Source: Acaryochloris thomasi RCC1774
Lineage (GTDB): Bacteria > Cyanobacteriota > Cyanobacteriia > Thermosynechococcales > Thermosynechococcaceae
DNA: 32,000 nucleotides
Assembly (NCBI RefSeq): GCF_003231495.1
Contig: NZ_PQWO01000002.1
Span: forward strand, 90,001-122,000
Direction: 5' to 3'
Part shown: piece by piece, positions 1 to 7,551 of the stretch
Layout: every line of letters starts with the position of its first letter
How positions within the stretch are numbered: the stretch's first letter is position 1
Made by a program: the position numbers and the translations under genes
The notes under the pieces: model-generated
Told to the model about the DNA's origin: nothing
The model's database searches: none
Seen by the model: only the letters and a program-made list of their open reading frames with translations

Positions 1-1135
1 GTCCTTCGATGACGGTGCCGCCCTCTAGCTTCAGGGGCTTACGGTTTTTGACCTCTCCGGCGCTGCTGTCGATGTAAACCGTGAGGTTGCCGGTGTTGAA
101 CTGGCCGCCAATGTCTTGGATCAGCGTTAAGAAGTTGCGATCGCTTCCCCCTCTCCGCACCACGATCTGTCCTGACTCCTCAACGACTTGGCTGTTGACC
201 GTATCGCCCACGCCAATGATTGTTGGCATCTGATCGGGATCAAAATTGGTTTTTACTAGGTCTAGTAAGGCGTTGCGATCACTCGGTGCCTGTCGAGCGT
301 TGAAGCCTTCCCCGAGTGGGTATGTTCCTGTGCGGTTAAAGATATAGCGATTGAGCAGCGCCAGCACTCCTGCTTCTTTGATCGCTCCTTGAACCATGAA
401 TTGAAAATCTGTCGTTCCTGAACCCTCTGGACCCGCAAACCAAATGAGCTCTTGCCCCTGCGAATCTTGTCCAAGATTGGGAGCATAGTGAACAAAGAAA
501 GAATCCCCTAAGTCCTTTTCCTGTGCTTCTGCAAGTAGCCGATCAATGAGGGCCTTTATGTTTTTCTGAAGTGCCACGTATACCTCTGGAGCATCTTGGA
601 GATGGGCATAGAACGTATTGAGATTGGCCGTGGGTGACGCTTTGTTATCCAGGACAGAAGCAGCAATACACTCTTCTAGAATGCGTGATTCTAGTATCTC
701 TGGATATTGTTGAAAAAAGTCGTGGAGTTGCCTCGCAATGCGGTCTGGAACGGCTTGGAGAAAGGCGAGCTCTGCCTCACTCACGCCAGGATGTGATACA
801 GCCCCCTCTCGGTCTTGCCACTGGATACCGCCTGCTGCCAGTCCCGGCAGATAATTAGGGACTGAAGAATCTTTGAAGGCTTTCTCAACAATGTGATTAA
901 CGCCCCGCTGACCGATATGCTCACCATTGGTTAAGACGTAGAAGTGCTGATCAAAGGCATTCGTCGCCCGAACGTAGTCAGATGTAATCACCCGCGTGAG
1001 GGGATCTTTAACCAACCCCATACAAACCCCATCTAGATCTTGAATAATCAACAGATTCTCGGTGGTCGCTAACAAAGCTGCGAATGTCTGATGGTCAAGA
1101 CTCAGAGATTGATCATGGAGCGGGGTATCAGGCAT
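1..1135 (-). CDS. stpA: Glucosylglycerol-phosphate phosphatase (StpA type); the 3' end runs off the window start
   Basis: My own minus-strand translation from ATG 1135..1133. The ORF is absent from the track because it is open to the window edge. Sequence: MPDTPLHDQSLSLDHQTFAALLATTENLLIIQDLDGVCMGLVKDPLTR..FYVLTNGEHIGQRGV..LPGLAAGGIQWQDREGAVSHPGV..FFVHYAPNLG..GSGTTDFQFMVQGAIKEAGVLALLNRY..IIGVGDTVNSQV..RRGGSDRNFLTLIQDIG. These blocks match my recollection of Synechocystis StpA (slr0746). The purine tract GAGGAGAGG lies just upstream of the ATG. The gene is divergent from a sugar ABC operon. Confidence 0.8.
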   Translation of the reverse strand, partial: MPDTPLHDQSLSLDHQTFAALLATTENLLIIQDLDGVCMGLVKDPLTRVITSDYVRATNAFDQHFYVLTNGEHIGQRGVNHIVEKAFKDSSVPNYLPGLAAGGIQWQDREGAVSHPGVSEAELAFLQAVPDRIARQLHDFFQQYPEILESRILEECIAASVLDNKASPTANLNTFYAHLQDAPEVYVALQKNIKALIDRLLAEAQEKDLGDSFFVHYAPNLGQDSQGQELIWFAGPEGSGTTDFQFMVQGAIKEAGVLALLNRYIFNRTGTYPLGEGFNARQAPSDRNALLDLVKTNFDPDQMPTIIGVGDTVNSQVVEESGQIVVRRGGSDRNFLTLIQDIGGQFNTGNLTVYIDSSAGEVKNRKPLKLEGGTVIEG

Positions 1136-1618
1136 CGGGAACCTCTCCTCAAAAAGTGGCGGTGGACTTGCTCTCAATAGTCTAAGGGAGTAGGCCGACG
1201 GTCTGGAGACCCATGCTCATATTGATGCTTCAGTGCGTCTCTTAACTGACTGCGCCTGAACGATGCCGAAGTTCCTTCGCCTTCAGTGGTTTGCAGTATC
1301 TAAAATTCCTGAAAAAATCCGATTGTGGTGACGGCTTGTATGTCGGAGACTTGCGATATAGAAACGCAATCTCCATGGATGGAAACGCTCTATGCGTGGC
1401 AGGTCGGGGGGCGACCCTCGCAGCAGCATTAGAGGACAGCGTGTTGCTAAACTAAGTGCCGAAAGGACTTCAAAACTGCCTGAAATGCATTCAACGTCCT
1501 CAATCCCTCATTTTGAGGAACTTTGACCTTCAACACCTCCCTCGGGAGCAGGAGGTCAATCCTATAAATAAGCGCTTTTAGCAACGGCTTATTAAATATC
1601 AATCGTTTCGCTAAGGTA

Positions 1619-2887
1619 ATGATGAAATTTAACTGGTGTGTAAGGATTTTTCTCGGGATAAGCCTGCTGGGTTTAACCGCCTGTGAGTCCACTGACGACC
1701 CCAATAAGAAAACAGTCACGATCTTAGGGGTCGTGGTCGGTGAGCAGCAAGACAAATTAGAAGCAGCCTTGGTGCCCTTTGAAGAGAAGACCGGCATTGA
1801 GGTCGAATATGAAGGCACAGACGCCTTTGCCACTCTTCTGCCCGTGCGTGTTGAAGCCGGTGATGCCCCCGATGTTGCCATGTTTCCGCAGCCCGGTTTG
1901 ATGCAGGACTTTGCCAAGTCTGGCAAGCTGATTCCCGTGACCAACTTTATGGAGCCGTCGGCGCTAGAAGCGGCCTACCCAGAAGACTGGCTGAACTTGG
2001 CAACCGTCGATGACAAGCCCTATGGTGTCTGGTACCGAGCCTCTGTGAAAAGCTTGGTGTGGTACAACCCAGAAGCCTTTGCCGCCAAGGGCTATGAAAT
2101 TCCTAACAACTGGACTGAGCTGATCGCCCTGAGCGACAAGATTGTGGCCGATGGTGAAACCCCCTGGTGTCTCGGCATGGAAAGTGGCGACGCGACCGGC
2201 TGGGTCGGTAGCGACTGGGTTGAAGACATTATGTTGCGTACGGCTGGCCCGGAGACCTACGACCAGTGGGTCAGTCACGACATTCCCTTTGATGCGCCCC
2301 CTGTGAAGGCGGCCTTTGAAAAGTTTGGTGAAATCGTACGCAATCCGAAATATATTTCGGGTGGTGCCGTCAGCGTTATTAGTACGCCCTTTGGCGATTC
2401 TCCGAAGGGGTTATTCAATGACCCACCCCGCTGCTATCTCCATCGGCAGGCTAACTTTGTGTCTAGCTTTTTCGGCGATGACGTCATCCCTGGCGAAAAT
2501 GTGGATGTCTTTCCCTTCCCGGAGATCGATGCCAAAAATGGTTTGCCGATCTTGGTGGCAGGCGACGTGTTTGGGATGTTCAACGATACCCCAGAGGCCC
2601 AGGCGCTGATGGAGTATTTGGCGACCCCTGAACCTCACGTCATTTGGGCTAAGAGCGGTGGCTTTATCTCTCCCCATAAAGAGGTGCCGCTAGAAGCTTA
2701 TCCCGATGATGTGGCGAAGAAGCAGGCTGAGATTTTAGCCAATGCTGAAGCCATTCGGTTTGACGGTTCAGATCTGATGCCGGGGGCCGTCGGGACGGGG
2801 TCTTTCTGGAGTGGGATCGTCGATTATGTCAACGGCGCTCAGGTGGATGCCGTCGTGTCGAAAATTGAGTCGAGTTGGCCAAAGTAA
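1619..2887 (+). CDS. ggtB: CUT1-family sugar ABC transporter substrate-binding lipoprotein, probably the glucosylglycerol/sucrose/trehalose binding protein GgtB
   Basis: 422-aa ORF. The N-terminus MMKFNWCVRIFLGISLLGLTAC has a signal peptide and the lipobox LTAC. The protein is MalE/UgpB-like in length and composition. It is the first gene of an SBP-permease-permease-ATPase operon placed divergently from stpA. Substrate assignment is inferred from context. Confidence 0.7.
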   Translation: MMKFNWCVRIFLGISLLGLTACESTDDPNKKTVTILGVVVGEQQDKLEAALVPFEEKTGIEVEYEGTDAFATLLPVRVEAGDAPDVAMFPQPGLMQDFAKSGKLIPVTNFMEPSALEAAYPEDWLNLATVDDKPYGVWYRASVKSLVWYNPEAFAAKGYEIPNNWTELIALSDKIVADGETPWCLGMESGDATGWVGSDWVEDIMLRTAGPETYDQWVSHDIPFDAPPVKAAFEKFGEIVRNPKYISGGAVSVISTPFGDSPKGLFNDPPRCYLHRQANFVSSFFGDDVIPGENVDVFPFPEIDAKNGLPILVAGDVFGMFNDTPEAQALMEYLATPEPHVIWAKSGGFISPHKEVPLEAYPDDVAKKQAEILANAEAIRFDGSDLMPGAVGTGSFWSGIVDYVNGAQVDAVVSKIESSWPK

Positions 2888-3874
2888 ATGCTAGATGCCG
2901 AAAATCTCAATCGCATTCTAAATGCACTGGTCGCCATTGTGGTTGGTTCCGGTGGCGTGATTGCGCTGTTCTATGCCATGAATGCGCTGGTGGCTGCGCT
3001 GCCCTTCAAGGGGAAGTCGAGGCTGCTGCCCTGGGTTTATATCAGTCCGGCGCTTGTCATTTTGGTAGCTTATCTGGTTCTGCCAACGATCTGGACAGTG
3101 TACATCAGCTTTTTTGATCGCCGCTCAGAAGATTTTGTGGGGCTTGATAACTACATCTTTGCGTTTACCGATGCCTCGATGCTGGTGGCGTTCCGTAATA
3201 ATTTGCTGTGGCTGGTGTTAGTGACCGGCGTGAGCGTGGCCCTGGGGCTGGTGATTGCGGTGCTGGTGGATAAGGTCAAGTATGAAGCCTTTGCCAAGGG
3301 ACTGATCTTCATGCCCATGGCGATCTCCTTTGTTGGGGCTAGCGTCATCTGGCGGTTTGTCTACGCCTATACACCGCCGGAGTTCGAGCAGATTGGGTTA
3401 TTGAATGCGATCTTGGTCCAGGTCGGCTTTGAACCCATTGGCTGGCTGGTGAACAAGTCGGTGAATAACTTTGCCCTGATCGCGATTATGATTTGGCTGC
3501 AGACCGGCTTCTGTATGGTCCTGCTGTCTTCAGCCGTTAAGGGTATTCCTGGCGATGTGCTAGAGGCGGCCCGCATGGACGGGGCCAATGAGCTGCAGAT
3601 CTTCTGGCGGATTACGATTCCGATGATTCGCTCCACGATTACGGTGGTGGCGACGACGGTGGTGGTCTTGGTGTTGAAGGTCTTCGATATTGTGTTTGTG
3701 ATGACGGCAGGGAGGCTGGACACGGATGTGATTGCCAGCCGCATGATTAAAGAGATGTTTAATTCCCGAGATTTTGGCAGAGGAAGTGCGATCGCAGTCA
3801 TTCTTTTAATCGCAGTTATTCCCGTAATGGCGGCCAATATCCGACGGTTTCGTCAGCAGGAGGTGAGTCGATGA
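2888..3874 (+). CDS. ggtC: Sugar ABC transporter permease (MalF/UgpA-like), GgtC-like
   Basis: 328-aa polytopic membrane protein. Its ATG directly abuts the ggtB TAA (2885-2887). It carries an EAA-loop-like segment, EAARMDGANELQIFWRITIPMIRS, typical of CUT1 permeases. Confidence 0.72.
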   Translation: MLDAENLNRILNALVAIVVGSGGVIALFYAMNALVAALPFKGKSRLLPWVYISPALVILVAYLVLPTIWTVYISFFDRRSEDFVGLDNYIFAFTDASMLVAFRNNLLWLVLVTGVSVALGLVIAVLVDKVKYEAFAKGLIFMPMAISFVGASVIWRFVYAYTPPEFEQIGLLNAILVQVGFEPIGWLVNKSVNNFALIAIMIWLQTGFCMVLLSSAVKGIPGDVLEAARMDGANELQIFWRITIPMIRSTITVVATTVVVLVLKVFDIVFVMTAGRLDTDVIASRMIKEMFNSRDFGRGSAIAVILLIAVIPVMAANIRRFRQQEVSR

Positions 3875-4761
3875 CTGCCGCTAAGCCCATTAAAAAGAAG
3901 CGTTTCAGCAAGTTTGAGACTTTCGTGAGCCGTGCCCCCGTGCATATCGCAGTGATCGCGATTGCGCTGATCTGGACGTTGCCGACGATTGGACTGCTGG
4001 TGAGTTCAATTCGCATGCCCGATGTGCTGCTGGAATCAGGCTGGTGGACGGTCTTTCAGCTCCCCTTTGACTTCACGCAGTTCCAGCTCAAGAACTATGC
4101 TGACGTTCTTCAAGGGGAAGATATGGGTCAGGCGTTTCTCAATAGTCTGGCGCTTTCGATTCCGGCGACGGTGATGCCAATTGCGATCGCAACTTTCGCC
4201 GCCTACGCCCTCGCCTGGATGGAATTCCCCGGACGGCAGGTTCTGTTTGCCCTAATCGTTGGCTTACTTGTTGTTCCCCTGCAGATGACGTTGATTCCGA
4301 TTTTGCGGGTCTACAACGAGACCAACCTAGCGGGCACATTCTTGGGCGTCTGGCTCGCTCACACGGGATATGGACTGCCCTTAGGAATCTATCTGCTTCG
4401 TAACTACATTGGGTCGCTACCTCGTGATCTAATTGAGGCCGCTTCAATGGATGGCGCTTCGCACCTGAAGATTTTTACGCGACTGGTGGTGCCGCTTTCG
4501 ACACCTGCGATCGCATCTTTTGCTGTCTTTCAATTCCTGTGGGTGTGGAATGATCTGCTTGTGGCGCTGGTGTACTTAGGAGGCGATCAGAAAGTGGCTC
4601 CAGTGACGTTGATTTTAAGAAATCTAGTAGGCGACCGCGGTCAGGATTGGCATCTGCTCACGGCTGGGGCCTTTATCTCTATGATTGTGCCCTTAATTGT
4701 GTTCTTCTCTCTGCAGCGCTACTTCGTGCGAGGCTTGTTAGCCGGATCGGTAAAAGGATAG
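3871..4761 (+). CDS. ggtD: Sugar ABC transporter permease (MalG/UgpE-like), GgtD-like
   Basis: 296-aa membrane protein. Its start overlaps the ggtC stop (ATGA at 3871-3874), indicating translational coupling. EAA loop: EAASMDGASHLKIFTRLVVPLSTP. Confidence 0.72.
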   Translation: MTAAKPIKKKRFSKFETFVSRAPVHIAVIAIALIWTLPTIGLLVSSIRMPDVLLESGWWTVFQLPFDFTQFQLKNYADVLQGEDMGQAFLNSLALSIPATVMPIAIATFAAYALAWMEFPGRQVLFALIVGLLVVPLQMTLIPILRVYNETNLAGTFLGVWLAHTGYGLPLGIYLLRNYIGSLPRDLIEAASMDGASHLKIFTRLVVPLSTPAIASFAVFQFLWVWNDLLVALVYLGGDQKVAPVTLILRNLVGDRGQDWHLLTAGAFISMIVPLIVFFSLQRYFVRGLLAGSVKG

Positions 4762-4778
4762 AAATTGGAGCGATAAAC

Positions 4779-5873
4779 ATGGCAGGCATTGTTTTTGAGC
4801 AGGTCACCAAGCAGTATGAAAACGGGTTTGAAGCGGTCAAGAACTTCAACCTTGAAATTGGCGAGCAAGAATTTTTGGTCTTAGTCGGACCCTCTGGCTG
4901 CGGCAAAACCACATCACTCCGGATGCTGGCGGGGCTAGAGTCCATTAGCACGGGCAACATCTACATCAATGACAAGCGCGTTAATGATGTGGCCTCGAAA
5001 GATCGAGATATTGCGATGGTGTTTCAGTCCTACGCCCTGTATCCCCACATGACCGTATTTGAAAATATGGCCTTTAGCTTAGATCTGCAGGGCGTTTCTA
5101 AGGCTGAGCAGAAAGAACGGGTTCAGAAAACAGCCACACAGCTCGGGATCGAGGCCCTGCTGGACCGGAAACCCAAGCAGCTCTCGGGGGGACAGCGGCA
5201 GCGAGTAGCGGTGGGACGCGCCATTATCCGTGACCCTGCGGTATTCCTAATGGATGAACCGCTCTCTAACCTAGATGCCAAGCTCAGAGGACAGGCTCGG
5301 ACAGAGCTGAGCGACCTGCAAACAAAACTCGGCACCACCTTTGTCTACGTTACCCACGATCAGGTGGAGGCGATGACGATGGGCACCCGGATTGCCGTGA
5401 TGAATCAGGGCATTTTGCAGCAGGTTGATACGCCCCAAACGCTCTATGAGCGTCCCAATAATATGTTCGTGGCCGGATTTTTAGGCAGCCCGTCCATGAA
5501 CTTTCTCAAGGCAAAGCTTACGGCAGAGCAAGGGCAGCTTTGGGTCGTCAATCAAGCCGTCAAGCTACCGTTGCCGCCGCAATTACAGGCAAAATACCAG
5601 CAATATCAGGGCATGGAGGTTATCTTTGGCCTCCGCCCGGAGCATATTGCGCTGTCTGCCGCTGGCGATTCTGCCACAGATGTTGCGGCTCAGGTTTCTG
5701 CCCTAGAGATGATGGGGCATGAGGCTATGGTTTACTTCACGCTATCCGATGGTCAAAACTGCATTGCTCGCGTTCCTCCTCAACTGCAGCTTGTGCCGGG
5801 AGATAACTTCACAGCCTATTTCGACATGAATTACTGTCATTTATTCGATCTCGATTCGGAGCATGTCCTGTAG
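4779..5873 (+). CDS. ggtA: Sugar ABC transporter ATP-binding protein (MalK/UgpC-like), GgtA-like
   Basis: Walker A GPSGCGKTT, signature LSGGQRQR, Walker B FLMDEPLSNLD and H-loop YVTHDQ, plus a MalK-type C-terminal regulatory domain. I place the start at ATG 4779 (MAGIVFEQVTKQY), 17 nt after the ggtD stop. The track start at 4647 would overlap ggtD by 115 nt. Confidence 0.8.
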   Translation: MAGIVFEQVTKQYENGFEAVKNFNLEIGEQEFLVLVGPSGCGKTTSLRMLAGLESISTGNIYINDKRVNDVASKDRDIAMVFQSYALYPHMTVFENMAFSLDLQGVSKAEQKERVQKTATQLGIEALLDRKPKQLSGGQRQRVAVGRAIIRDPAVFLMDEPLSNLDAKLRGQARTELSDLQTKLGTTFVYVTHDQVEAMTMGTRIAVMNQGILQQVDTPQTLYERPNNMFVAGFLGSPSMNFLKAKLTAEQGQLWVVNQAVKLPLPPQLQAKYQQYQGMEVIFGLRPEHIALSAAGDSATDVAAQVSALEMMGHEAMVYFTLSDGQNCIARVPPQLQLVPGDNFTAYFDMNYCHLFDLDSEHVL

Positions 5874-5920
5874 CCCCTATTCTTTACCCATAACTCCTGC
5901 AATTCCTGTGAAGACCGGGG

Positions 5921-6055
5921 TCTAGCCCCCCTTTTTAAGAGGGTGGGTGGGCGAATCTCCCCTTAACTATCGCTATACAACTGACGATTTTGGAAAGCCC
6001 GTTGCATAGCGATGATCTAAATCCCCCCAGCCCCCCTTGCAAAAGGGGGGAGAAT
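5921..6055. repeat. Two C-tract/G-tract hairpin elements in the convergent intergenic region
   Basis: Positions 5926-5950 read CCCCCCTTTTTAAGAGGGTGGGTGG, an imperfect hairpin. Positions 6031-6050 read CCCCCCTT-GCAA-AAGGGGGG, a perfect 8-bp stem with a GNRA-type tetraloop. Neither element has a flanking U-tract. Confidence 0.4.
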
Positions 6056-6130
6056 ATAAGCTATAAGTAGACTTCAGGGCTTATGGGCGAATGCGAATGC
6101 AGCGCCAGCGGCGATTTGCTTAGCGCTATT

Positions 6131-6328
6131 TTAAGAGCGCTGGCCCCACTTTTTAAGCAGCTCAGCAGCAACCTCCACCATCCTGGGGTCAAAGGTTTCG
6201 ATATAGTCGATCATGGGTTGCGGAACAGATGAATCCTGGAGCTGTTCAAGGACTGTCTCCCCATCACTAGAAGTAAAAAGAGTTTCCAACAGATGGTCCT
6301 GAAAGGCTGCGAGTTCCCTTTCCTGCAT
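6131..6328 (-). CDS. 65-aa acidic helical protein translationally coupled to the MNIO enzyme; candidate minimal MNIO partner or peptide-recognition subunit
   Basis: ATG 6328..6326 lies 4 nt after the MNIO TAG (6335..6333), with GAAGGA 9-14 nt upstream. Sequence: MQERELAAFQDHLLETLFTSSDGETVLEQLQDSSVPQPMIDYIETFDPRMVEVAAELLKKWGQRS. The function is inferred only from position. MbnC, TglI and DUF2063 partners sit directly downstream of MNIO genes in the same way. Confidence 0.55.
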   Translation of the reverse strand: MQERELAAFQDHLLETLFTSSDGETVLEQLQDSSVPQPMIDYIETFDPRMVEVAAELLKKWGQRS

Positions 6329-6332
6329 TGTC

Positions 6333-7211
6333 CTATCCTTCTCTGTCGGCTTGCACAATAGCTTGAATCCGGGCAAAGTCTTGTCGAAATTGGCTTTGTT
6401 CAGAGGCGGGTCCCAGCGTATTGCCTAGACGCTCAAAAATCACGAACTGGACATTAAGGCACTGCTGCAAAGCCAAGGTCAGCAGCTCAAAGACCGCTTC
6501 TGGAACAGGTTGGTCATGGGTGTCGCGTCGAATTTGCCCCCCTGTCCCTTTGCTCCAAGAGCCACCAGAGATATGGATCTCTCGAACCCGATGGAGGGGG
6601 TAGAGTGCCAATAGTTCGGTGGCAGAGATCTGAAAGTTGCAGACTTGGCAGTACAAATTATGGACATCCAGCAGCAGAAAACCATCGACTGACTCTAGGA
6701 GCTTCTCTAGAAAGATACCCTGCTCTCGTACGTCCTGCTGGCTGAAGGCGAACGCTAAATTCTCCAGCCCCACCGGCACTTGTGCCACCTCAGCAAGTCG
6801 CTGTAATCGTTCACGCCCCAACTGTAGAGTCTCAGGGCATAACGGCATGGGTAAGGGGGCACTTTGACGAAAGGTCTCTGTTGCTAGCCAGCCAAAATGT
6901 TCTGAAATATGTTGATAGTGATACTGTCGACGCTCTGCTTCTAAACAGGCTAACCAGTGACTCCGATCGAGTTGGGCCGACAGTAGAGAGTAGCTAACGC
7001 CGTGCCCCAGCAAACGATCTTGCTGACTGAACTGATCTAGCAGAGGCGGCACCCACGTTGGCAGGCCAACCTTACCCCATCCCATATCAAAGCTCCATTC
7101 CAGGACTTCGACAGCACTAGATTCAAGTAGAGGTTGAGCCGTTTGCCAAAAATCGGCCTGAGGCATCAAAGACAGGCCTAGGCTGGGGCGAGTGGTTGTG
7201 GTTGTCGCCAC
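6333..7211 (-). CDS. DUF692 / MNIO (multinuclear non-heme iron oxidase, MbnB/TglH/BufB-like) enzyme
   Basis: TIM-barrel DUF692 signature blocks are seen in order: SLGLSL (beta-1), LGHGVSYS, ISEHFGW, GLENL, LLLDVHNLY, EIHISGG, RRDTHDQPV, VIFERL. The start is ambiguous. GTG 7211 lies 2 nt after the precursor A2 stop with GGGGG upstream. TTG 7238 is the track start and would overlap A2 by 25 nt. ATG 7166 would delete beta-1, so I reject it. Confidence 0.85.
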   Translation of the reverse strand: MATTTTTRPSLGLSLMPQADFWQTAQPLLESSAVEVLEWSFDMGWGKVGLPTWVPPLLDQFSQQDRLLGHGVSYSLLSAQLDRSHWLACLEAERRQYHYQHISEHFGWLATETFRQSAPLPMPLCPETLQLGRERLQRLAEVAQVPVGLENLAFAFSQQDVREQGIFLEKLLESVDGFLLLDVHNLYCQVCNFQISATELLALYPLHRVREIHISGGSWSKGTGGQIRRDTHDQPVPEAVFELLTLALQQCLNVQFVIFERLGNTLGPASEQSQFRQDFARIQAIVQADREG

Positions 7212-7213
7212 GA

Positions 7214-7504
7214 TTACCCCCGACCACAGGGTGGGCAATAGCCGGCCCGATAGCGAGGGTCTTTGGGATTGAGATGTGTTGGGAGGGTCTGAACAGGTGG
7301 CTCGTCCTTGGGCTTTACCTCAATGTTGTTCGACTCAGCTTTGGCCTGTGCTTCCAGGACCTGTGGCTGGGAATCAGATGGCTCAATTTCACCTGAGGGA
7401 ATTGCTTCGAGCGGTTTTTCGTGACGTTTTGGGCTAGCCCGTACGTTCTCTATACCGCTCAGAAGAAACAATAGGCCGAGCAGAAACGGAAGATAAAGCT
7501 TCAT
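7214..7504 (-). CDS. Secreted small protein, candidate MNIO precursor peptide A2 (96 aa) ending in YCPPCGRG
   Basis: From ATG 7504: MKLYLPFLLGLLFLLSGIENVRA|SPKRHE..., a Sec-type signal peptide. This is followed by a Pro/Glu/Gln-rich, Cys-free linker and the C-terminus KDPRYRAGYCPPCGRG*. It is a paralogue of A1 and lies immediately upstream of the MNIO gene. The track start at 7576 would add 24 aa in front of the signal peptide and overlap the A1 stop. Confidence 0.65.
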   Translation of the reverse strand: MKLYLPFLLGLLFLLSGIENVRASPKRHEKPLEAIPSGEIEPSDSQPQVLEAQAKAESNNIEVKPKDEPPVQTLPTHLNPKDPRYRAGYCPPCGRG

Positions 7505-7551
7505 AGAACATAGGGGAGTGAGTGAATGGAATGACTTCAGTCGCCTGACTG

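Noticed and set aside
1447-1944. 165-aa minus-strand ORF spanning the stpA/ggtB intergenic region and the ggtB 5' end
   Set aside because: It is antisense to the well-supported lipoprotein binding-protein gene. It has low-complexity Ser/Thr/Pro-rich composition and no recognisable motifs, so it is a shadow ORF.
4647-4778. 44-aa N-terminal extension of the ABC ATPase (track start 4647)
   Set aside because: It would overlap ggtD by 115 nt and adds hydrophobic junk. MalK-type ATPases begin a few residues before the ..V.K.Y.. strand, which matches ATG 4779.
6031-6050. The GC hairpin as a bidirectional intrinsic terminator
   Set aside because: It has no U-tract on either strand, so I kept it as a repeat or RNA-structure element only.
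6329-6376. 16-aa extension of the small partner ORF (MPGFKLLCKPTEKDRT)
   Set aside because: It overlaps the last 44 nt of the MNIO gene. ATG 6328 has an SD-like GAAGGA and a 4-nt spacing after the stop.
7166-7238. ATG 7166 as the MNIO start codon
   Set aside because: It would remove the SLGLSL beta-1 strand that begins DUF692 barrels. GTG 7211 or TTG 7238 is needed instead.
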